Source: Candidatus Ratteibacteria bacterium (GTDB lineage Bacteria > Ratteibacteria > UBA8468 > B48-G9 > DTJG01). From it: a stretch of DNA of 39,878 bases. The DNA lies in the NCBI GenBank assembly GCA_049971295.1, contig JBMFLH010000006.1, positions 1 through 39,878 of the forward strand. Reading direction: 5' to 3'. Positions within the stretch are counted from its first letter, which is position 1. Every line of letters begins with the position of its first letter. The notes beneath the pieces are model-generated. The model ran no database searches. It was not told where the DNA came from and saw nothing but the letters and a program-made list of their open reading frames with translations. The position numbers and the translations under genes were made by a program. Below, in pieces: positions 1 to 7,669 of this stretch.

Positions 1-64
1 TCATTAATTTTTCCAGAGATGAGAAAATTTTTCAATTAGTTTTTTTATGAGGCAATTCGAAAAT

Positions 65-93
65 TTGATTGATTTTCCACTATACGATAGAAT
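65..93 (+). promoter_or_regulatory. Putative sigma70 promoter for the AKR-DUF296-hydrolase operon
   Basis: TTGATT (65-70), 17-nt spacer, TAGAAT (88-93). It overlaps the ORF-track TTG start at 69, which favours ATG 120 as the real start. Confidence 0.55.
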
Positions 94-119
94 ACTTGAT
101 GGTTAAGATAGGGGATAAA

Positions 120-1268
120 ATGCAATACAGAAAATTTGTAAACACTTCGTACAATGTCTCAATGCTTGGATTTGGCGCCATGAGATTGCCAGTGTTGCCT
201 GATGGCACCGTTGATTTTGATAAATCCACAGAAATTATCAGATATGCTATTGAGCACGGGATAAATTTTATTGATAGCCATCACTTCTATCATAATGGGC
301 AGAGTGAAGAAGCAATAGGCAGAGCAATAAAAGGTTTTCCAAGAGAAAGACTGATTATCCAGACAAAGATTGGTATGTACAATAATTACACAGACCAGCA
401 GTGCTGGCAATTGCTTGAAACAGCATTAAAAAAACTCAATACAGATTATATTGATTTTTACCTGACGCACAGCTTAAGGTGGGAAACCTATCTGAAACAC
501 AACAAACAGTTTATGGAGTTCACACAGAAAGCAATGGATCAAAAACTGATCAGGTATCGTGGGTTTTCAGTACATGATTCAGTTGAAAACATGAAAAAAA
601 TTATCAATACTGGCGAATTTTCGACAATGACAGTTCAGTATAATCTTTTATATAGAGAAAGTCAGGAGGCAATTGCGCTTGCGCATGAGAAGGGACTTGG
701 CGTTGTTGTAATGGGGCCTGTTGGTGGTGGTACTTTTGGTTATCCAGGGGAAACACTTCTTTCCTGGATAGAAAGAAGGGAAAAAAGTACTGCGGCACTT
801 GCATTAAAGTTTGTTCTTTCAAATCCTGACGTAGATGTTGCCAATTCGGGTATGAGCACTCTCCAGCAGGTAATGGAAAACATTGAGACAGTGAGTAATT
901 TTTCGCCTTTAACAAATGAGGAAATCAAAAAAATTGATGAGATTTTTCAATCGCGAAAAAAACTTCTCAATCTTTACTGCACCGGTTGCAGATATTGTAT
1001 GCCATGCCCGAACAATGTGAATATTCCTTCAAACTTTCACTGGTACAATGTCGCTATTGTTTATGGCGTGGAAAAACGAGCGCACGATGGATACTTTGCT
1101 CTCAAACCAGAAGAACGAGCCTCAGCTTGTACCCAATGTGGCAGGTGCGAAGAAAAATGCCCTCAGAAAATTCCAATCAGGGAAAAGATGAAAGAGGTTG
1201 CAAAATATTTTGAAAAAAATGAAATACAGCCAGGCAAGGATAAAAAGAATCTTTGTTGTACGCCTTGA
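120..1268 (+). CDS. Aldo/keto reductase with C-terminal 4Fe-4S dicluster domain
   Basis: AKR motifs LGFGAMRLP, GINFID, LNTDYIDFYLTH, GFSVH, VQYN, SGMS. C-terminal CTGCRYCMPCP and CTQCGRCEEKCPQ. AGGGGA SD before ATG 120. Confidence 0.9.
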   Translation: MQYRKFVNTSYNVSMLGFGAMRLPVLPDGTVDFDKSTEIIRYAIEHGINFIDSHHFYHNGQSEEAIGRAIKGFPRERLIIQTKIGMYNNYTDQQCWQLLETALKKLNTDYIDFYLTHSLRWETYLKHNKQFMEFTQKAMDQKLIRYRGFSVHDSVENMKKIINTGEFSTMTVQYNLLYRESQEAIALAHEKGLGVVVMGPVGGGTFGYPGETLLSWIERREKSTAALALKFVLSNPDVDVANSGMSTLQQVMENIETVSNFSPLTNEEIKKIDEIFQSRKKLLNLYCTGCRYCMPCPNNVNIPSNFHWYNVAIVYGVEKRAHDGYFALKPEERASACTQCGRCEEKCPQKIPIREKMKEVAKYFEKNEIQPGKDKKNLCCTP

Positions 1269-1659
1269 TGATGGCGAAAAGATACCTGCTGCCATTGAAG
1301 ATTTTGCAAGAAAGCATAAAATTCAGTGTGGCATCTGTATTTTGATCGGTGGGATAGGAAGCGGAAAACTTGTCACTGGCCCCAGGTATCCTGAATCTTC
1401 CCCCGTTACTCCCATTTTTCAAAGTATTACTGGAACAAGCGAAATCGCTGGTATTGGCTCAATTTTCCCTGATGAAAACAACATCCCCAAACTGCATATG
1501 CATGCAACAATAGGTAGAAGAAAAACCACATTGACCGGTTGCATCAGACCTGGAATTACTGTGTGGAAAATAGGTGAATGTATTATTATTGAACTTATCG
1601 GTACAAAGGCAAAAAGAATAACGAATCAAAAGGCAGGGTTTTCTATACTTGAACCATAA
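1219..1659 (+). CDS. PPC/DUF296 domain protein
   Basis: MKYSQ...RIFVVRLDDGE N-terminus, EI..IGSI, and the LHMHATIG (HxH) motif. ATG 1219 is in frame with ORF 1198. Confidence 0.85.
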   Translation: MKYSQARIKRIFVVRLDDGEKIPAAIEDFARKHKIQCGICILIGGIGSGKLVTGPRYPESSPVTPIFQSITGTSEIAGIGSIFPDENNIPKLHMHATIGRRKTTLTGCIRPGITVWKIGECIIIELIGTKAKRITNQKAGFSILEP

Positions 1660-1661
1660 AG

Positions 1662-3629
1662 ATGAGGATAGTAATCATTGTTCCTCAGAGAACAACAATT
1701 TCATCTGTTGCCATAACGTTTCTCAAAAGTTATATTGAAAAAGTCGTCAGAAAGAAAATTGATGTGGTGTCTGAAAACTGTGATATTCCAGAAAATTCAG
1801 ATTTTATTATTATTGGAAGTCCTGATAGAAACAGAAAGGCAGCAGAGTTTTGCGACTTAAGACAGCTAAAAAATCTCAGACACGATGGATATATTCTAAG
1901 GACTATTGTAAAAAATACCAGGACCTATGTTATTGCCTGCGGTAGAACAGAAAATGGGGATAAATACGCAGTGTATCATCTCGTAAGAGAATTAAAAATC
2001 TCCGGTAACAAAATAAGGTTTCCATTATTGAACCTCTCTATGGAGCCGTTTATAAAGTCAAGAGAACTGATTATTGGAGATGCTTGTCCGTGGGATCCAT
2101 TTGTATACGCTGACCAGGTAAGTCCAGAAGAGTATGCTGAAACCTATGACATAATTTTTAATAGCGCCAGTTGTCAGTTGAACTGTCCTGATAATTCAAG
2201 AAAAAAATATGCACTCAGAAAGATTGTTGAAAAATACTGTGTTGAAAACTGGCATCGTGAGAAACTGCTCGATTATATTAATCAGATAGACAGTTTTGGT
2301 TTCAATTCAATTCAACTTGGAGACGAGGCAGAATCGTACATGCACAGTGGTTGTCTTGTGACCCGCAGACAATGGAGAGAAAAAATTGTATCAATGATGC
2401 AACAGGCAAAGAAAATTGGACAACGTATTACATTTATGAACTGGGGCGGCTATGCCTGGGTTCAGAACAATATCAGAGTAGTTTCTGATTGGAATGATCC
2501 ATTATGTAATGAAAAAGCTGTCTTTTCTTCAGATTTTTCTATCAAAGAGTCAAAGTGCTGGAATACTTCAGAAGGAAGGAAAAACATTCAGGCACATATT
2601 AATTATTTTTCACCTTATATGAAGTACGCAGACCATGTGATTACCCATTTTTATGACCCGGGCGGTTGTCATGTCAACGGCTGTAGTATCGGAACATGTA
2701 TCCGTATTATGAACCATCAAACAAAAATATTTAGAAAGATCAACCCCAACCTTCAAGTTACATTTAATCTATGGCCTCTTACCTCTGAACACGAAGGATT
2801 CGACAAAAGAGAAGTATTTTCCAATCTTGACGTATGGTCAGGAACATTTAACTGGTGGTATTTTACAAAGGTTGTGGATCTTCTTGAACCCGACATCATG
2901 ATTGCAAATAGAACATTTGATCCAGAGATTGCTGAACATTGTTTCAGATGGGATAGAAAATATGGACTGTGGGCATGGTACACTTCTGACCAGGAAATTA
3001 CTGCTTCACTTCATGTTGAAGCAGAACGGCTCGGAAGGGAATTCAGCCAAATGCCACAATATGCAGGTTCTGCCCTGGAATATATATCTGTTCCATCAAA
3101 TTGCCATCTTCTAAATAGCGCCAGTATTTATATTGCGGGTCATCTTCTGTGGAATCCAAAAAAAGATCCGTTTTCAATTCTGCAAGAATTCTGCTATTGT
3201 GTATTTGGACCAGAAATTTCAGAAGCGATATATGCAGGATATCATGCCATCGCAAGGATAAGAAACCATGACATCAAAGGAGACAGTGCATTTAGCGATG
3301 CATATCTTGGCGCCGGAACACCGGATGTTGAAAAAGACATCGAAATATCAGGAGATGCTCTTTATAAACTGAACAAAATTTCCATTGATCAGAACTGGCA
3401 TTCAAAAATTCCCATTATTGCTGACAGAAATACAATGCTTGAAGATTTAAGAGAACATGTCAAAATGGTTCATCAATATGCAGAGTTCAGGCATGCCTAT
3501 GCAAGACTGGCAAGAAAATCAAGAATAACTGGCTCAGATGTAAAAACATTGCCAGTTGTTGATAGGTTTAAAAACACAGGTGGTATGATTGAATGGCGAA
3601 AGGCAAAATGGCTTTTGAATCTGTTATGA
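1662..3629 (+). CDS. Uncharacterised glycoside-hydrolase-like protein (GH20/GH67-type N-terminal domain plus probable TIM barrel)
   Basis: 655-aa ORF. IIIGSP...DGYILRT...IACGRTENGDKYAVYHL resembles the GH20/GH67 N-domain. Also has a DPGGC motif and a LLWNP...FCYCVFG helical region. No signal peptide. Confidence 0.55.
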   Translation: MRIVIIVPQRTTISSVAITFLKSYIEKVVRKKIDVVSENCDIPENSDFIIIGSPDRNRKAAEFCDLRQLKNLRHDGYILRTIVKNTRTYVIACGRTENGDKYAVYHLVRELKISGNKIRFPLLNLSMEPFIKSRELIIGDACPWDPFVYADQVSPEEYAETYDIIFNSASCQLNCPDNSRKKYALRKIVEKYCVENWHREKLLDYINQIDSFGFNSIQLGDEAESYMHSGCLVTRRQWREKIVSMMQQAKKIGQRITFMNWGGYAWVQNNIRVVSDWNDPLCNEKAVFSSDFSIKESKCWNTSEGRKNIQAHINYFSPYMKYADHVITHFYDPGGCHVNGCSIGTCIRIMNHQTKIFRKINPNLQVTFNLWPLTSEHEGFDKREVFSNLDVWSGTFNWWYFTKVVDLLEPDIMIANRTFDPEIAEHCFRWDRKYGLWAWYTSDQEITASLHVEAERLGREFSQMPQYAGSALEYISVPSNCHLLNSASIYIAGHLLWNPKKDPFSILQEFCYCVFGPEISEAIYAGYHAIARIRNHDIKGDSAFSDAYLGAGTPDVEKDIEISGDALYKLNKISIDQNWHSKIPIIADRNTMLEDLREHVKMVHQYAEFRHAYARLARKSRITGSDVKTLPVVDRFKNTGGMIEWRKAKWLLNLL

Positions 3630-4709
3630 AATCAGTTTGCTTACCATTTCAACTCTTTCAAAGTCAGCATTTGGTGGAACATTATCACCCATGCCAAGGA
3701 TAAAAGATTTCCTTTCTTTCAAAGGCACAATGACCTCATTGATGTATCTAACAAAGTCCTGTATTGTCCCGCCTTCTTTGCAGACAAGAACCGAAGGAAT
3801 ACCTCCCTGAAGAACGACTTTGTTATCAAGAATATCAAGAGCTTGTTTCAATGTAATGTTTGCCATCGGCGCAGTCACGATTGCCTCAACAACATCAAGC
3901 CCACATCCTGGAACCAGAGGAAGAAGATTTTCTGTTCTTCCGCACCAGTGGCCCTCAAAAATTTTTCCTTTTTCACTGAGTATTTTTTTACACTCCTGAT
4001 AGTATGGAACTGCATACTCTTTAAATATTTTTGGTGTAATCATCACCCCATCCATATTGTCACCGGTTGCAACAATATCTGCATATCCATCTGCAAGGAT
4101 TTTTATTGCCTCAAGATATTTCTTAAAATAAACATTCAATAATTCATCAACCTCTTTCCTGTAATCAACCCATAAGTAAAAGGCATTCATATAACCAGCA
4201 TCAATTTTTGCAAACTGAATAAATGGAACAGAAAAACAACCATTCAGTACAACTCCATCCTGACCTGTTTCTTCAAGGGCTTTCAATGTGGATTCATAAT
4301 CTGGTTCAAATTCCATTGCCTCTGCAATGTATTTCATTACCTTAACATCGTCGATACTTTTTATAAAATGTTCTGAAAGATGCCTGGAACGAAACTCTCC
4401 CTCTGTTTTTCTGTGCAGGCATCTCACAACTCCCACAGGCGTTTCCATTTCAGTTATTGAGCAATCGCCTGTATTTTCATGTTTAACTTTGACGCTTCTA
4501 TCATACACTGTTTTAATACCTTGCTGTCTGTTCCAGATATACCCTCCAATTGCTCTAACAATGTCGTTTCTGCTCATCCCTTTGTATTTTTCAGGCAGTG
4601 TTCCTTCATCTGTGTTGACGCGCAACCAGTAATCAAAATTTGGCGCCCAAACAAGGCAATCAACCTTTTCATTCCTTAATGCCTTCAGATACCTTTCTCT
4701 TTTTGTCAT
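3624..4709 (-). CDS. Uroporphyrinogen decarboxylase / MtaA-CmuA (URO-D/CIMS) fold protein
   Basis: MTKRERYLKAL start, ETPVG hairpin, ITPKIFKEYAVPYY, HWCG, LQGGIP, FILGMGDNVPPNA. GAGG SD. Confidence 0.85.
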   Translation of the reverse strand: MTKRERYLKALRNEKVDCLVWAPNFDYWLRVNTDEGTLPEKYKGMSRNDIVRAIGGYIWNRQQGIKTVYDRSVKVKHENTGDCSITEMETPVGVVRCLHRKTEGEFRSRHLSEHFIKSIDDVKVMKYIAEAMEFEPDYESTLKALEETGQDGVVLNGCFSVPFIQFAKIDAGYMNAFYLWVDYRKEVDELLNVYFKKYLEAIKILADGYADIVATGDNMDGVMITPKIFKEYAVPYYQECKKILSEKGKIFEGHWCGRTENLLPLVPGCGLDVVEAIVTAPMANITLKQALDILDNKVVLQGGIPSVLVCKEGGTIQDFVRYINEVIVPLKERKSFILGMGDNVPPNADFERVEMVSKLIS

Positions 4710-4721
4710 TTTTCCTCTGCT

Positions 4722-5846
4722 TTAACTACCGTGTACACCAGATAAAAGCTTTTTCTTGAATTCCAGATAATACATAAAATGTTCATAGGATACATCAGGC
4801 GGAATTGAATGGTCAATTATAGGGATATAGCCACCTGTTTCCAGTAAATATGGTACCTGTCTCAACAGTTCTCTTTCGATTTCTTTTTTTCCTTTGGCAA
4901 TTTCCCGCTTGTCAATACTTCCAAGCATAGCAAGAGCCCTGCCATAAATTTTTCTAATCTTTACAGCATCCATGCCTGCTGCCTGTTCCAAAGGACATAT
5001 GTGATTGAATCCTGCTTCAATAATAAGGGGAAGCAACACCTCAATATTCCCATCGCTATCAAGACTGATAATCCTTACTCCATGTTTCATCAGATACGCG
5101 TTAATAATTTTATATCTCGGCAATAGGAATTTTTTAAAGATATGCGGAGAAATAAGAGGGCCTGTTTTGTACGCAAAATCCTCAAAATAATTGTACCAGT
5201 CCACATCAACATCTTTCAGAGCCCTATCAGTCAGTTGCATAAAAAACTCAACCAGAAAATCAAGCATCTCTTCTGCAAAAGACGAATCGTCATAAAAAAC
5301 AGTACATGCATTTTCAGTTCCCATCCATCTTCTCAACATGCTGTAAAGACCGAAACCACCAAACCCTGTCAGAGCCAGAGGGTAATCCCTGGACTTCCAG
5401 CAACGAACAAGGTCATTCCACCATCTCGGGTATCTGACAGGCGAATGAGGATTGTATCTTTTTTTCATCTCATAAAAACTTTTTCTGTCAGTAACAGGAA
5501 GACTAATATATTGGTCCATGCTCATTCTTGTTCCACCAACAGTGCCTTCTTTCAACGCCTTATGAACAACACCATCAGAACCCCTGTACACAATAATTCT
5601 TTCATTTTCCTCAAGTACCTCGTATTCAAATCCTGGTATCATATCTGTTCGTAATGGAATAAACTCCCATCTTTCAAATCAAAAAAATTCATTACCATTT
5701 AAATAAAAGTATGAATCAACATCAGCAGGAAGTCCTTCTTTCAGCCACCTTGCAATTGTTTGCGGCCATGCCGCAATTTCAGTAAATGGCGAGTGATCAA
5801 CCTCTTTGAATAAATTGCACCTGATAAATCTTTCTCTTGGATTCAT
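4722..5846 (-). pseudogene. UroD/MtaA-fold protein with one in-frame TGA (codon 56); possibly intact if the stop is a sequencing error
   Basis: Frame extends upstream of the ORF-track start (5642) to ATG 5846 with a GGAG SD: MNPRERF...NEFF*FERWEFIPLRTDMIPGFE, TGA at 5681-5679. Downstream motifs EDFAYKTGPLISP, DSDGN, GGYIPIIDHSIPPDVS. Confidence 0.8.
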
Positions 5847-6170
5847 TGCTTTCTCCGGATAACAAAAATAATTGTTGAAAGTCCTTCAATAAACAATTCT
5901 TTGTTTGACGGCATCTTTCCGTAAAGTCGTTCTTCAACAGGCAGTTCGTTAACATATTTTGTGATAAGAATTGGTTCATTCTCAATCTTCTGCTTAAACT
6001 TTATTCTAAATTTTACCCTTTTTTCAGAAACATTTACAAAAAATATGCTGTCGAACCACCCTCTGTTCTGAACGCCGAGTGCTGTATAGCAAAATCCTTT
6101 ACTGGCTCTAATCCATCTCTACCAAAATGTTAAACTTACCTTTGTTGTATCAGAAAATTTATTCAATACT
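5843..6170 (-). pseudogene. Decayed 3' remnant of a larger gene (beta-rich C-terminal domain)
   Basis: Stop-free frame 6118-5843 ends in an ATGA overlap with the next gene and has no usable start. One indel at the A6 run (6038-6043) gives AIQHSAFRTEGGSTAYFFVNVSEKRVKFRIKF...LFIEGLSTIIFVIRRKQ*. Confidence 0.5.
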
Positions 6171-6186
6171 CAGCGATCGATATCCA

Positions 6187-6215
6187 TTGACTTGTTTCAA
6201 GAATTGTGTTATAAT
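6187..6215 (+). promoter_or_regulatory. Near-consensus sigma70 promoter of rpmA with extended -10
   Basis: TTGACT (6187-6192), 17-nt spacer, TGn then TATAAT (6210-6215), 8 nt before the ATG. Confidence 0.8.
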
Positions 6216-6223
6216 TTAATACT

Positions 6224-6472
6224 ATGGGAAGAAAAAAACAGGGAAATGGAAGGGATTCAAATCCCAAAATGCGTGGAGTGAAGGTTTTTGAGGGGCAACT
6301 TGTAAAAGCAGGAAATATCATTGTCCGACAGAAGGGGACCCATTTTGTTCCTGGGCCAGGGACATATATTGGCTCTGACTGCACAATCCATGCTGCAAGA
6401 GAAGGAATGGTGGTCTTTGGCACAAGCAGAGGTAAAAAACTTGTCAGTGTCATCAGTCCATCTACTTCATGA
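6224..6472 (+). CDS. rpmA: 50S ribosomal protein L27 (divergent)
   Basis: [34 protein letters not shown]; 82 aa. Confidence 0.93.
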   Translation: MGRKKQGNGRDSNPKMRGVKVFEGQLVKAGNIIVRQKGTHFVPGPGTYIGSDCTIHAAREGMVVFGTSRGKKLVSVISPSTS

Positions 6473-6843
6473 TTTTGTCTGGTATTGAAACTGTTCACGT
6501 AAAACAAATAGCAGTGTTGTTGAAGGAAACTGATTATAAGAAATATTTTACCCCCTCTGAGGTTGAATATTGCCGCAAGTACAAGGACATGAACATACAT
6601 TTTGCAAGCTGTCTTGCTGCAAAACTTGCTTTTTTAAAAGCCATTTCTCCCATTTCGGATTTTAATTTTTCTGATATTGAAATCAAACACACTGATTCAG
6701 GCAAACCATTTATTTACATATCTGAAAATCAAAATTTTACAATTTCACTATCAATATCCCATACAAAAACAATCGCAGTGGCATTCTGCGTCATAACAGA
6801 TGGAAAATATTTTTCTACCAGAAAGAAAAAAAGATACTCATAA
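6469..6843 (+). CDS. acpS: Holo-ACP synthase (AcpS)-family protein with degenerate active site
   Basis: [52 protein letters not shown] overlap with rpmA, followed by nnrD as in the common acpS-nnr arrangement. Confidence 0.8.
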   Translation: MILSGIETVHVKQIAVLLKETDYKKYFTPSEVEYCRKYKDMNIHFASCLAAKLAFLKAISPISDFNFSDIEIKHTDSGKPFIYISENQNFTISLSISHTKTIAVAFCVITDGKYFSTRKKKRYS

Positions 6844-7669
6844 GGGAACATACGGACACCTTTTTGTTATTGGCGGCTCCCCTGGATTAACGGGCGCGGT
6901 ATGCCTTAGCTGTCTTGCTGCTTTGCGAACCGGTTGTGGAATGGTAACTGCTGGCATACCTGAATCCCTTAATGACATTTTTGAAATAAAACTTACAGAG
7001 GTGATGACGAAACCACTTCCTGAATCAGGCAGGAGAACAATCAGTATACTTGCAGTTGAAAAATGTCTTGATTTCATTAAGAAAACTGCTGATGGTATTG
7101 TAATTGGACCTGGCATTTCAACAGATTTTGCCGTAGAAGAATTTTTCAAAAATCTTATACCTAAAATTGATAAACCAATTGTTGTTGACGCTGATGGATT
7201 AAAACTTCTTGCAAAAAACTTGAAAATCCTTGATAAACAGAAAAGAATTGTTCTTACTCCCCATCCAGGCGAAATGTCTCACCTTACTGGGTTAGCAATT
7301 TCAGACATTCAAAAAAATAGAGAAAGTGTTGCAAAGCATTTTGCGCAAAAATATGGCGTGATTGTTGTACTGAAGGGATACAGAACAGTGATTTCTGACG
7401 GTGAAAAAACACATATCAACCTGACAGGCAATCCTGGTATGGCAACCGCAGGAAGTGGCGATGTTCTTTCTGGCATTATTGGTTCTTTAGTTGTTCAGGG
7501 ATTTTCTTTATGGGATAGCGCTGTTATTGGAGCATTTCTTCACGGGCTTGCAGGAGACCTGGCTGCAAAAAAAACTGGTGAGTACTCCCTCATTGCAGGT
7601 GATATGATTGATTTTTTACCAGATGCAATTAAGATCATTGAAAAAAAGTCAGGGAGCAGAAATGTTTGA
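6800..7669 (+). CDS. nnrD: ADP/ATP-dependent NAD(P)HX dehydratase (YjeF C-terminal domain, stand-alone)
   Basis: [61 protein letters not shown]. Confidence 0.93.
   Translation: MENIFLPERKKDTHKGTYGHLFVIGGSPGLTGAVCLSCLAALRTGCGMVTAGIPESLNDIFEIKLTEVMTKPLPESGRRTISILAVEKCLDFIKKTADGIVIGPGISTDFAVEEFFKNLIPKIDKPIVVDADGLKLLAKNLKILDKQKRIVLTPHPGEMSHLTGLAISDIQKNRESVAKHFAQKYGVIVVLKGYRTVISDGEKTHINLTGNPGMATAGSGDVLSGIIGSLVVQGFSLWDSAVIGAFLHGLAGDLAAKKTGEYSLIAGDMIDFLPDAIKIIEKKSGSRNV

Noticed and set aside
1..60. Possible start of a divergent gene (CAT at 2-4 with an upstream GGA on the minus strand)
   Set aside because: Only one codon lies inside the window, so it cannot be supported.
1211..1268. 50-nt overlap of the AKR tail (…KNLCCTP) with the DUF296 gene as a functional Cys tail
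   Set aside because: One more A in the A7 run (1213-1219) would end the AKR at a standard ATGA overlap, so the tail is probably incidental or an indel.
5797..5985. 62-aa minus-strand ORF as a small gene
   Set aside because: It overlaps the true start of the UroD-fold gene, and a different frame there gives the more protein-like sequence with an ATGA junction.
6049..6182. Long-range stem CGCCGAGTGCTG / CAATACTCAGCG resembling a 6S-like or leader RNA
   Set aside because: One arm lies in sequence that reads as a protein remnant (QHSAFR), the element is upstream of the rpmA promoter, and no 6S or SRP consensus is recognisable. An Rfam scan would settle it.
6163..6600. 145-aa minus-strand ORF, and similar antisense or alternate-frame ORFs (5142-5654, 12238-12699, 20553-21116, 23461-23940, 35887-36537, 38102-38644)
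   Set aside because: They are shadows of well-supported genes and have no recognisable motifs.
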